Virus record (IMG/VR): IMGVR_UViG_3300002138_000190
Coordinates: 26,516-90,515 of that record
Source of the DNA: a virus
Direction: 5' to 3' (one strand)
Length of the DNA stretch: 64,000 bases
Of this stretch, positions 27,696-36,828 are shown piece after piece (the stretch's first letter is position 1; each line of letters starts with the position of its first letter). The notes beneath the pieces are model-generated. The model made no database searches. It had not been told where the DNA came from and saw only the letters and a list, made by a program, of their open reading frames with translations. The position numbers and the translations under genes were made by a program.

Positions 27696-28581
27696 TTATA
27701 TAGGTTGCATAATAAAAACTTTTATCAATTCCAAAATATTTTATTTTTGTTTCTGGTTTGTTTTTCATAAACCAAAATATATTTGCGTTGATAATTTCGT
27801 CTGCTAGAATTTGTTGAGGATATTGATACATGTTATTTTTTAAAATTGCACCATTTTTATTTTCTTTGTAGCCATCAGAACAAGACATTAAGTAAATATT
27901 CTTGGCATTGCCATAATAACAATTTATTAAAGCAGCACAAATAGGATTTCTATAATCATCTATGTGCTTTGAATAATCATTTTTTATTGGTGCTTGATAA
28001 TTTTTATTGGGAGTAGAATGATAAACATATAATCCTGCTCCGTAATTGTAATTTTTAAAAAACTCTGGATGAGTTTTAGTACTTGCCAACAATCTTGGAA
28101 ATATTCTTTTGTTTATGCTGCTTAAACAATCTTTGTAGGGATTATTTATTACAAAAAGACTTGGCAAATACTTGTTCTTATTCCAAAGTTTTAGTGAATT
28201 GTTTGTTAAAATAATATATGGATTGCGTATTTTTACAGAATTAATTAAATTTAATGTTTTTTCAAATTCAAAACCATCAGATACTATAAATACTGTTTTA
28301 TCAAATAAATTTTCAGCTTCGTAAGTAGAATTCTTGTGATAACTATTGATAATTTCATTATTGATAATCGTACTAATTTCATGCTCTAAATAAAAATTGT
28401 TTAAATCTAAAGCAGAAGCATGGTTTATACCAAAATCTCTTACCCAAATTTTTTTATTATCTGTTAAAGCATATTGATTTCCCGAATGATGATTGCGAAT
28501 TGAAATTTTAAATTTTTCATTTCTTGTTTTTACATGGTATGATTGCAAAACACGGATAGTCTTCTCCATTTTCATCTCCAA
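27655..28581 (-). CDS. DUF115/Maf (MptE-like) fold protein, diverged; possibly sugar-transfer related
   Basis: TVFIVSDG, YIILTNNSL and AALINCYYGNAKNIYLMSCSDGY parallel the DUF115 pattern (ivGnGPSL ... lGak.I.LlG.D). Confidence 0.45.
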   Translation of the reverse strand: MEMKMEKTIRVLQSYHVKTRNEKFKISIRNHHSGNQYALTDNKKIWVRDFGINHASALDLNNFYLEHEISTIINNEIINSYHKNSTYEAENLFDKTVFIVSDGFEFEKTLNLINSVKIRNPYIILTNNSLKLWNKNKYLPSLFVINNPYKDCLSSINKRIFPRLLASTKTHPEFFKNYNYGAGLYVYHSTPNKNYQAPIKNDYSKHIDDYRNPICAALINCYYGNAKNIYLMSCSDGYKENKNGAILKNNMYQYPQQILADEIINANIFWFMKNKPETKIKYFGIDKSFYYATYINEEEFKEDFHEQQ

Positions 28582-30928
28582 GGATTTTTTTATAGTCTAA
28601 CTCAATTTTAACTTCAATTGGACTGCCTTTGTATACCATTTCAATTTCTGGATTTTCAGGCATTTTTAAGTTTATTTCTGATGGTATTGATCCTCTTATT
28701 TCAATAAAATCAGGAATTCCAGTAATACTGATTGATTGAGGAATATTTCCAATATCAAACTTAATCATGCATGGCAATTCAATGTCACTCTCTAATCTAA
28801 TAATACTTGGTATATTTTCTGATTTTAAAAATATAGTATTTGGCATGTTCCCAGCATCTATTTGGATAATACTAGGAAAATCACTTACAATTTTAATTTC
28901 AGTTGGAAGTTTGTCTTCAAGTTTTATTTTTATGTCTTTTATTTCGGGCATTTGTATCTGAATGTATTCAGGAATATCATGTAATACTTGAATGTCTCTA
29001 ATTTCAGGTACTATTAAGTTAATTTCTTTTGGAATACCATTTGTATCGTAATCCATTTCCATTCTTAAATCAGTAAAATTTAATTTATCGGAATCTCCAT
29101 GCAATGAATTTTTTGCATTATTGGCTGCATACAAAGCAGAAGATGGACATACAATGTTTACAGTACATTTAACTACTGGGGGAGTACCCCAGTAAACACT
29201 AATCATTGGCGGGCTATTATAATTAAGATTAATTGTATTAGGAATACTACTGCCACCAGCTATTATGATTGTATCTGGTATTTTAGAATCTGTAAAACTA
29301 ATTATAGATGGAATTGTTTGCCCAATTAAAATAATTTCACTTGGGAAACAACCACCAACAACAGATATGACAGATGGAATAGTGCCTTCAATTTTTATTG
29401 TAGATGGAACATTAACAGGGCCAAATGAAATTGGGCCGAAAGATGGAGCAGGGCCAAATAGAATTGGGCCTAAAGCTGGAGTAGGGCCAAAAACAACTGG
29501 GCCTAAAGATGGAGCAGGGCCAAAAACAATTGGGCCTAAAGATGGAGTAGGGCCAAAGTTAATTGGGCCTAAAGATGGAGCAGGGCCAAAGTTAATTGGG
29601 CCTAAAGCTGGAGCAGGGCCAAAGTTAATTGGGCCTAAAGCTGGAGCAGGGCCAAATGTAATAATTGAAGGCAATGTAACACCAACAAGTGTAATAATTG
29701 AAGGTATTGTCGGTGTAAGGCTAATAATGCATGGTATTATAGGTGTAAGGCTAATAATGCATGGTATTATAGGTGTAAGGCTAATAATGCATGGTATTAT
29801 AGGTGTAAGGCTAATAATACTTGGTATTATCGGAAAATTAGCAAAAGATATAATACTTGGTATTATTGGTATATTTGTGAAAGATATAATACTTGGTATA
29901 TTTATTGGGGAAAAACTAATAAATGAAGGTATGTTTACTGGACCAAAAGAAATTATACTAGGTATGGGTGGTACTATGCTAATTATGGATGGAACATTTA
30001 TATAAATACTTGGAATAGATGGAAAACTAGGAACATTTATGCAAGGAAAAACAATTGGAGGTATGTTTATGCTTCCAACTGGAATATTAGGGTTTGGTAT
30101 AGAAAAATTAGGTATGGCAGGACAAGATGGGATAGTTAAATTTAAGGTTTGTTGTTGTTGTGCTATTCTAGGTTCTGATGGATTTGCCCTTTGCAAAGCA
30201 GTTTGTACAGTTGTACATTTAGGGGATAATACTGTTACAACAGGATCAATACTAGAAGACAAAGCATATATTTTTCTTCCTGACAAAGTACTCGTTGTAC
30301 TATCCCCATCGCCAAAATCAATAGTAAATGATGTATAAACACCATTTATTTGCAAATTGTAACTTGCTAAAATACCAGTATTTAAATTAGTTTCCAAAAT
30401 TGTAAATGTGAAATTGATTTCAGGACATCCATAATCATCTAAAATTGGAGGTGTTAAAAATAAGTTTCTAATTTTCCAATCTAAGGTTGTTTGATCTATG
30501 TCAAAGTCAATTCCTATAAATTTTTCTAAATTAACAATTGCTTTTACTAATTGATTGTGATGTTCAGCTACAACAAATCCTCTGATTGAAGTTCCAGCTT
30601 TATTAAAACGACTTGGTTCTCCACCTAAGTTTCTTATGCAATTTTTTAATGCAATTATTTTACCAGTTACATATTCTTTTTCTACATTGTTGTAATATAA
30701 TAATTCACCGTTAATTGTAGCAAAACCATTAATTGGCCAAGGATCTTCTGTTAGATATTTATTTGTATACGGCAAAATGTAAATTATTTCAGACCATGCA
30801 AAGTTATCTGATGCCAAAAATGATTCTGTGGTATTTTTTACTTTAAATAGAGTATAGTCTGTGTCAATTCCGTAAGGATACACAGGTTGTGGTATAAAAT
30901 TTTGATTTTGATTGCTTAATTCACCCAA
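28517..30928 (-). CDS. Virion appendage protein with a shared N-terminal domain, a PKD-like domain and long Pro/Ile-rich repeats
   Basis: TTG start with RBS AAGGTG; AEHHN motif; DFGDG; repeats IPSIISF, IISLTPIIPC and FGPAPALGPIN. Confidence 0.75.
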   Translation of the reverse strand: MGELSNQNQNFIPQPVYPYGIDTDYTLFKVKNTTESFLASDNFAWSEIIYILPYTNKYLTEDPWPINGFATINGELLYYNNVEKEYVTGKIIALKNCIRNLGGEPSRFNKAGTSIRGFVVAEHHNQLVKAIVNLEKFIGIDFDIDQTTLDWKIRNLFLTPPILDDYGCPEINFTFTILETNLNTGILASYNLQINGVYTSFTIDFGDGDSTTSTLSGRKIYALSSSIDPVVTVLSPKCTTVQTALQRANPSEPRIAQQQQTLNLTIPSCPAIPNFSIPNPNIPVGSINIPPIVFPCINVPSFPSIPSIYINVPSIISIVPPIPSIISFGPVNIPSFISFSPINIPSIISFTNIPIIPSIISFANFPIIPSIISLTPIIPCIISLTPIIPCIISLTPIIPCIISLTPTIPSIITLVGVTLPSIITFGPAPALGPINFGPAPALGPINFGPAPSLGPINFGPTPSLGPIVFGPAPSLGPVVFGPTPALGPILFGPAPSFGPISFGPVNVPSTIKIEGTIPSVISVVGGCFPSEIILIGQTIPSIISFTDSKIPDTIIIAGGSSIPNTINLNYNSPPMISVYWGTPPVVKCTVNIVCPSSALYAANNAKNSLHGDSDKLNFTDLRMEMDYDTNGIPKEINLIVPEIRDIQVLHDIPEYIQIQMPEIKDIKIKLEDKLPTEIKIVSDFPSIIQIDAGNMPNTIFLKSENIPSIIRLESDIELPCMIKFDIGNIPQSISITGIPDFIEIRGSIPSEINLKMPENPEIEMVYKGSPIEVKIELDYKKILGDENGEDYPCFAIIPCKNKK
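29417..29656 (-). repeat. 33-bp coding tandem repeat, 7 copies plus a partial copy
   Basis: Plus-strand units like AGGGCCAAAGTTAATTGGGCCTAAAGCTGGAGC; encode FGP(A/T)P(A/S)LGP(I/V)x. Confidence 0.93.
29703..29822 (-). repeat. 30-bp coding tandem repeat, 4 copies
   Basis: Plus-strand unit GGTATTATAGGTGTAAGGCTAATAATGCAT; encodes IISLTPIIPC. Confidence 0.93.
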
Positions 30929-30949
30929 ATTTTCACCTTTTCCATAATG

Positions 30950-30957
30950 TATTTATA
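30950..30957 (-). promoter_or_regulatory. TATAAATA late-promoter-like motif
   Basis: Exact T4 late consensus about 22 nt upstream of the TTG at 30928. Confidence 0.5.
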
Positions 30958-30966
30958 ATAGTTGTA

Positions 30967-33198
30967 TTAATAATTACCCATATACCATTGTTTTAATCTT
31001 GTTCTATTTGGCAAAGAAGAAAAAGTTAAATCTATGTTGTTGAATTTAATAAATGTTTTAGGACTATAATCATAAGATATATATGCTAAATGATCATTAT
31101 CAGATGTTGCTAATAAAGTATTATTTTCATTATTAAAGCCAATTACATTTTTATCTTGTAGTGAAACAAATGAAACAGAGTTGTTGCCTGTGCCAGCAGT
31201 ATACCAAACACTTCCAATATCATCAAAAACTGATATAGCTCCAGAATTATTAAAGAAAAATAGCCCATTGCTCATATTTACTAAATCACCTTCAAGCTTA
31301 ACTGAGCCAGCAATATCTGTTAATTTTCTTAATCCACTAATTGCATTTCCAACTGTTGCTATAGTTCCATAAAAGCTAAAAATTCTTAAATTCGTTCCGC
31401 TAATGATATTTCTCAATATATATCCTGCATTATTTTTCCATGTTGTTCTGTAAATAGAAAAATCACCAGTTAAATTTTCACCTGTTGAAGGGTTAAAACT
31501 ACTTGGATTTACTGTTAAGTCTAATGCTGTTCCTTGAAAATTTGAACTATTAAATGTTGTATTTGAAACAGATTGAGTTGTTAAATTAAAAACTTGTAAA
31601 TTTAAATTAGTTGGAGATGAAAAAGGAACAGTTGCTGTATTGGGCAAGCCAAACATAAAATAAGCAAACGAACCAGTATTTAGAAAAGTCCAGTTGTATG
31701 GTCTTAAAAAACTAGTTTGAGTACTATATGTTTTTTCAAACCCATTAAATATATTAACATTTATTTCTTCAACTGTTCGAGGTTCTATATTTGTTCTTCC
31801 ACTAGCCCAAAACAAATAAGAATTTCCTGAAAATCCACTAGTTTGATAGGTAGCTGGACAAAATCCTACATTTCTTGCAAATTCATATTTTTGAATATCT
31901 TCATTTGCTGTTCCATTCAAAAAAGAATTGTCTGTTCCTAAGTTTAATATTGGTGTTTGTGGTGTTTTAAATGTTTCTGAGATTAGACCAAATTCAGTTA
32001 CTTGTACTTGGGATGTAGATTGATCACCATATAATAACAATGTGTAAAGCCACATCCAAATATTTTTGTTTTCTATAATATCAATTGCATCGTTAACAGT
32101 TGTAATCCTAAAAGAATTTGATAATGTGTCACATCGTAGTATGACATCAAAAATGCCACCTGTATCATACAAAGCAGTAGTGACAATATCGTTTCCATGT
32201 GTTAAATCATCAGAAAAATTCCAGTTATAAAATTCAATAGGATCAATTGGATTTCCATATTGATCTACTTCTTCTCCAGCATAGGTTCTGCCAGTAGAAG
32301 GATTTATTCCAGATGGAATGCGAAAATAAATTAAACTGTTTGTAGGTGCTCTAACAGTTAATCCTGTAGTGGATTGATATGGTTGTTCGTCAATATATAT
32401 TTTTGCAATATCTGGTGCTGGAAATCTTGCATCAATTAAATCTTCAAAAATTAAAGAATCGCTGCCAAATTTATTTTTTATTGTGTATTTTACAGTATAA
32501 ACACCACTTATTTCATAAGTTTTTGTAATTATTTGATTTGAACTTAATGTTTCGTCTGAATCATTTTTGTAATTGAATGTTTTTATATCTCCATCACCAA
32601 AATCCCAAGTAGTTTTTATAGCATTATCAGCATTGTCAGTTGCTGTCCTAAAGCTTAAATCTGTAAAATCAACAGTAAAAGGTACAATTCCTATTTTTTT
32701 ATTTGCTGATATCCAAGCTTTTGGCTTCAACGCAACACTTCTCAAATAATTTATTCTTTCTTCTAAAGATCCTACTTTTGGAATTAATCCAACATCTCCA
32801 TAAATGCCAGAAAATTTTTCAATATTTACAATTGAGTCTTTAATAGCGTTGTGATGTTGTGCTACAACATTCATTATTAGGGTTGTTATTTTTGCTTTTT
32901 TAGAAACATTTGGAAAGCCTTCTAATATTTCAATATTGTTGAAAGTGCTAGTAGCATTATCTTTTGAATTGTAGAAAAAACTAATAGCTCTTTCATCAAT
33001 TTCTGCACATTGATCTGTTAGTGTTATGATACCACTTGGTGGAAACATGGCCATTTCTGTTGCAGAAGCATTTGAAACTATTGTTTTGTCACCAACATTG
33101 TAATCTTTAGCTAAGCTTGTTACTAATGAGTCTTTAACAACATAAGTATTAGTATCTGTGTCAATTATATCTGGATATGTAATTTTTGGTAATGTCAT
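30967..33198 (-). CDS. PKD-domain virion appendage or receptor-binding protein
   Basis: Shared N-terminal domain (VVAQHHN), PKD motifs WDFGDG and WNFSDD, and a beta-rich C-terminal half. Confidence 0.75.
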   Translation of the reverse strand: MTLPKITYPDIIDTDTNTYVVKDSLVTSLAKDYNVGDKTIVSNASATEMAMFPPSGIITLTDQCAEIDERAISFFYNSKDNATSTFNNIEILEGFPNVSKKAKITTLIMNVVAQHHNAIKDSIVNIEKFSGIYGDVGLIPKVGSLEERINYLRSVALKPKAWISANKKIGIVPFTVDFTDLSFRTATDNADNAIKTTWDFGDGDIKTFNYKNDSDETLSSNQIITKTYEISGVYTVKYTIKNKFGSDSLIFEDLIDARFPAPDIAKIYIDEQPYQSTTGLTVRAPTNSLIYFRIPSGINPSTGRTYAGEEVDQYGNPIDPIEFYNWNFSDDLTHGNDIVTTALYDTGGIFDVILRCDTLSNSFRITTVNDAIDIIENKNIWMWLYTLLLYGDQSTSQVQVTEFGLISETFKTPQTPILNLGTDNSFLNGTANEDIQKYEFARNVGFCPATYQTSGFSGNSYLFWASGRTNIEPRTVEEINVNIFNGFEKTYSTQTSFLRPYNWTFLNTGSFAYFMFGLPNTATVPFSSPTNLNLQVFNLTTQSVSNTTFNSSNFQGTALDLTVNPSSFNPSTGENLTGDFSIYRTTWKNNAGYILRNIISGTNLRIFSFYGTIATVGNAISGLRKLTDIAGSVKLEGDLVNMSNGLFFFNNSGAISVFDDIGSVWYTAGTGNNSVSFVSLQDKNVIGFNNENNTLLATSDNDHLAYISYDYSPKTFIKFNNIDLTFSSLPNRTRLKQWYMGNY

Positions 33199-33199
33199 T

Positions 33200-34225
33200 T
33201 CAACTCACAATTAATTCTTGTTGGAGATAAACACTTTTTACATTTTGTGATTCAAGAGTATCCAAAAGATAAGGTTGGTATTTGCCAGGTTCTTGATATT
33301 GATAAGTTACAACATGGATATTTGGATCTATATAATTTTCAGTTGTGCCATCACCAAACGAAAAAAATCTGTTTGTTATATTTAAATTTGTTTGATCAAC
33401 AAAAATAAAGGTAGTTGGAGCAATATTTAATTTTTGGGCAGTTGATTTTGAAATACCGCCAACTCTAGGTAAAACATAAAAGAAAGGAGCTTTTTGTTCA
33501 ACATTTGAATTTATATAATTTGCTTTTGTGATAATTCCTTGTCCACCTAAGCTATTAATAACATTTAATTGAACAGTAAATAAGCCTTCTTCTGTATAAG
33601 TATGAATTGGGTTTTCTTCTGAAGAAGTAGAAGTATCGCCAAAATCCCAAAAATATTTATTACCTTTGCCAAGTGTGTAATTTTTAAAATTAACTTTAAA
33701 TGGAGGGGAGCCAGATATAGGATATGCTCTAAATATTGGTTTTGGGTTTAAAATAGTTGTTTCTAATGAATTCAAAATGCCATTTAAAGATTGTTCTAAT
33801 GGTTCTGATTTTTTACCTAATTTATTTTCAATGTTCAACACAGCATCTTTGATGGAATTATGATGTTCTGCAAAAACCCCTGAATAAACTGGTGTGTCTT
33901 TTGGCCATTGTAAAATTCTACTGTTTTGAAATCCTCTAACAAGATCCATAAATGTATTGTCTGTTTTTTTAAAATAATAAACAAACTCACTTATTCCATC
34001 TTTTGATTTTAAAGATCCTATTTTTAAAATTCCTTGAGATGGAAAATTAGTGGCATCTTCAATTGTGATTTTTTTAGAACCCATGCCTATACCAATTTTC
34101 AATTTTCCTTCAGCTAAATTTCTCGCTTCAAATAATGTTTGATACGAATCAATATTTGAAGGGAAGTCAGACAAATATCCTGTTTGGTAATATGGATCAT
34201 ATGATGATATTTTTTGTAACGACAT
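33200..34225 (-). CDS. PKD-domain virion protein
   Basis: AEHHN motif; PFKVNFKN...YFWDFGD...NPIHTY...G.FTV.L is a canonical PKD pattern; second PKD motif FSFGDG. Confidence 0.8.
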   Translation of the reverse strand: MSLQKISSYDPYYQTGYLSDFPSNIDSYQTLFEARNLAEGKLKIGIGMGSKKITIEDATNFPSQGILKIGSLKSKDGISEFVYYFKKTDNTFMDLVRGFQNSRILQWPKDTPVYSGVFAEHHNSIKDAVLNIENKLGKKSEPLEQSLNGILNSLETTILNPKPIFRAYPISGSPPFKVNFKNYTLGKGNKYFWDFGDTSTSSEENPIHTYTEEGLFTVQLNVINSLGGQGIITKANYINSNVEQKAPFFYVLPRVGGISKSTAQKLNIAPTTFIFVDQTNLNITNRFFSFGDGTTENYIDPNIHVVTYQYQEPGKYQPYLLDTLESQNVKSVYLQQELIVS

Positions 34226-34229
34226 AATA

Positions 34230-34237
34230 TATTTATA
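34230..34237 (-). promoter_or_regulatory. TATAAATA late-promoter-like motif
   Basis: Ends 4 nt before the ATG at 34225 with no SD. TAAATAGAGTT at 34242-34252 also occurs at 25532-25542. Confidence 0.5.
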
Positions 34238-34254
34238 TTTAAACTCTATTTAAT

Positions 34255-34935
34255 TTAATTGGTTTTTGTGTTTTCTTTGTTAACTTGCACAAGCTTGTCT
34301 TGTATGTTTTTTAATGAATTTACAAGTTGAAGTTTTATTTGATTGTTATCTGGCAAAGCTAAAACAGTTTTGCAAAGTTCTAAATCAGTTGGTAGGTTTA
34401 ATAACAATCTCAAATTAATTTCTGATCCTAATTTTGCAGACCAAAGTTCGTTTTGAAGATTAAAATCATCCCAATTTTTAATTTTTTCTATTTTTTCTAA
34501 TTCAGAAAAGTTTTTAACAAAGAAAATTAGCTCTTCTTCAATCATTCTTTTCTTTTTGAGTAGTTTTTCTTTTATTATATCTTTTTTATTGTTTGTTCTT
34601 TCTAGTCTTTTCTTCTTTATTTCAATAATTTTAGATTTAAGGTGATTATTTTCAATTTTAATGTTTTTATTTAAATTTTTAATCTTACTTTCTAAAATTT
34701 TAATTTTTACTTCAAGTATTTCGTAATTTTCATCAAAATGTATGATTTCTTCTTCTAATGATATTAAAGTTTCTAATCTAGGTGATATTTCTCTAACACA
34801 TTGCCATAGCTTAGATTGAATTGTTGGTTCTTTTCCCAACACAAAATGTCCTAGTTGGTAATAAGAATGCCTATCTTTAAGATCAACTGTTTTAAGAATA
34901 TTTTCAGCTTGATCAGTTACTGTTAATTCGTTCAA
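34255..34935 (-). CDS. Coiled-coil hypothetical protein
   Basis: 226 aa with a long E/K/I heptad region. Confidence 0.7.
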   Translation of the reverse strand: MNELTVTDQAENILKTVDLKDRHSYYQLGHFVLGKEPTIQSKLWQCVREISPRLETLISLEEEIIHFDENYEILEVKIKILESKIKNLNKNIKIENNHLKSKIIEIKKKRLERTNNKKDIIKEKLLKKKRMIEEELIFFVKNFSELEKIEKIKNWDDFNLQNELWSAKLGSEINLRLLLNLPTDLELCKTVLALPDNNQIKLQLVNSLKNIQDKLVQVNKENTKTN

Positions 34936-35483
34936 AATTTAACTCCCACTATTGATTTAAAAGTTCCACCAAGTTTAATTGCACCATTTGCCCATAATAG
35001 CTTAATAACATCTTCAGGATTTTCTTTGCCGAAAAATCCAATTTCATTGTAAAAATTTTTATTTATAAGCAAACATTCAATTGGGTTTTTAAAAAAATCC
35101 CATAATCTGTTTTTAACAGGAAAGATTATATCTTTTTCAGATTCAACAAAATCTGAAAATTTTCTTATAATTGATTTTGGCAAATGCAATCCACTTAATA
35201 CTATGAAACACCAATCTTTGGTACTTTGGGTAATTGCTTTGTCAAACAACACAAATTTTTCTTTGCTTTGTACAACTGTAAGTTTAAAATCACAATCAAT
35301 TTCTGTATTAGTAATTATTTGTTTGTCATATTCTGCAAAAATATTTTTGTGGTGGAACAATGTTTCTTTAATGCTATTTTGATTACCATCTAAAGAAACT
35401 ACTGAAATACAAACATCTAATTTTTTTGGCCAATTAATCATAATAATTCCTTTTAATTTCTTATTATAATTGATTGGCAACAA
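34932..35483 (-). CDS. Eroded GT2-like (GT-A fold) protein
   Basis: KAITQSTKDWCFIVLSG (DxD position lost) and LLINKNFYNEIGFF...LLWANGAIKLG resemble GT2 core motifs. Confidence 0.4.
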   Translation of the reverse strand: MLPINYNKKLKGIIMINWPKKLDVCISVVSLDGNQNSIKETLFHHKNIFAEYDKQIITNTEIDCDFKLTVVQSKEKFVLFDKAITQSTKDWCFIVLSGLHLPKSIIRKFSDFVESEKDIIFPVKNRLWDFFKNPIECLLINKNFYNEIGFFGKENPEDVIKLLWANGAIKLGGTFKSIVGVKF

Positions 35484-35497
35484 TAAATCAATATGAT

Positions 35498-36289
35498 TTA
35501 TGGAATTAATGACACATCAAAATCAATTTTGATTACATCATAAGGAGATAATTCATATTCTAAATAAAAACCAATTAAATCTACATCAACAGTAAATTTG
35601 TTAGATGTCCATGTGTTAATAGTATTTGGGTCATAAGAAGGTCTATAATTTTCAACATCACTATAAATTTGAACACCATTTACGAAAACTCTTAGTGAAT
35701 TTTCCATTATTGGCTTTGATAATCCAGTAGTATAGTTTCTATAATCAGGTATTAAATATTTTGCTGTTGGAGTAACTGCATAGTAATGTTGATGTGCAGC
35801 TTCTTTAGGGAACTTAAGTTCTGCTGTAATATTATTTGGGCTTGTAACTATCCATTCTAATGAATTGCTATTATTAAATTTTATATTTCCACTTGGAAAA
35901 TAAACGGCATTGCTAATGCTTTCAAATTCTATTGTTAATTTATTTGCTTCACCTTGAATTAAATTTAATTTTTGTCTTTCAGATAATTCCATTCTTACAT
36001 AATCAACATCATTATAGCTTCCATCTGTATGGTGTCCAATATTGTGAAGTGTATTGTTAACTTCAGACACGATTAAATTTCCATTAGCTGTTAAGCTTTG
36101 ATTTAATCTAGATGTTAAGTCTAATCTACTGCCAGCAGAAAAATTTAAAATTTCGGTATTTCTATCAACTGCATCACTAATTACATCTTCACGAATTGCA
36201 ATAGTTGAAATTGGAAGATTGTCATAAAGAAAGTGGTATGGTTCAATACCAGTAAATGTCGGTATCGGGAATAAATTAATATTTGGCAT
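35498..36289 (-). CDS. Probable tail/baseplate structural protein
   Basis: 263 aa within the tail operon; LRVFVNGVQI beta motif; TAAATA 4 nt upstream of the ATG. Confidence 0.65.
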   Translation of the reverse strand: MPNINLFPIPTFTGIEPYHFLYDNLPISTIAIREDVISDAVDRNTEILNFSAGSRLDLTSRLNQSLTANGNLIVSEVNNTLHNIGHHTDGSYNDVDYVRMELSERQKLNLIQGEANKLTIEFESISNAVYFPSGNIKFNNSNSLEWIVTSPNNITAELKFPKEAAHQHYYAVTPTAKYLIPDYRNYTTGLSKPIMENSLRVFVNGVQIYSDVENYRPSYDPNTINTWTSNKFTVDVDLIGFYLEYELSPYDVIKIDFDVSLIP

Positions 36290-36318
36290 ATTTTATTTAT
36301 TACTTTTGCTTAAATAAA

Positions 36319-36828
36319 TTACAAAATATTGATATTCCAACTGAATGTAATTTGAATTTGACTTGTTTTTGCTATTCCACTAAAAGTTGATAACGAATAC
36401 AAATCATTACTTCCCATTTGCAACCCAATTTCACTAATTGAATATCCATTGCCATCATTAAAGCCTAGTACTGCTGTAAAAATTGCTTGGCTTGAATTGT
36501 TTGGGTTTATCAAAGAATTAACTTGTTTTGTTGCTACTGTAATTCCGTACATGCCATTTTGATTTGCATTTACTGCTCTTGGAACACCGCCAACTTCACC
36601 ACCGTTTCCAAAAAGCATGTTTTTTACGAAAAAAGGAAAAGCATACTCAAACTGCCCACTTGTGTTAGAACAAGCTTGTAGGGTATGAGTTAAGGCCTTA
36701 ATGATTGCTTCCCTGCCAGTTTTTAAAATGGCATTTTTGAAAGGCTTTATTGTTTTATTGCCATTCTTATCTTCGATGGTAATTTCTCCATAGCCTATTG
36801 ATTGAATGTTAGAATTAATTTCGTTCAT
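36319..36828 (-). CDS. Tail fibre/collar-type baseplate protein
   Basis: FTAVL...NG..ISEIGL...LYS..TF..IAKT...ITFSWNI pattern, typical of fibre-attachment domains. Confidence 0.65.
   Translation of the reverse strand: MNEINSNIQSIGYGEITIEDKNGNKTIKPFKNAILKTGREAIIKALTHTLQACSNTSGQFEYAFPFFVKNMLFGNGGEVGGVPRAVNANQNGMYGITVATKQVNSLINPNNSSQAIFTAVLGFNDGNGYSISEIGLQMGSNDLYSLSTFSGIAKTSQIQITFSWNINIL

Noticed and set aside
29417-29822. 30-33-bp repeats resembling a CRISPR array, with a Cas4-like gene in the window
   Set aside because: The units are head-to-tail with no unique spacers, are multiples of 3, and lie in frame in a coding gene.
29265-30338. Plus-strand ORFs of 246 and 99 aa with Gly/Pro repeats (collagen-like look)
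   Set aside because: Antisense shadows of the repeat-rich 803-aa gene; the stop-free frame follows from the repeat's codon pattern.
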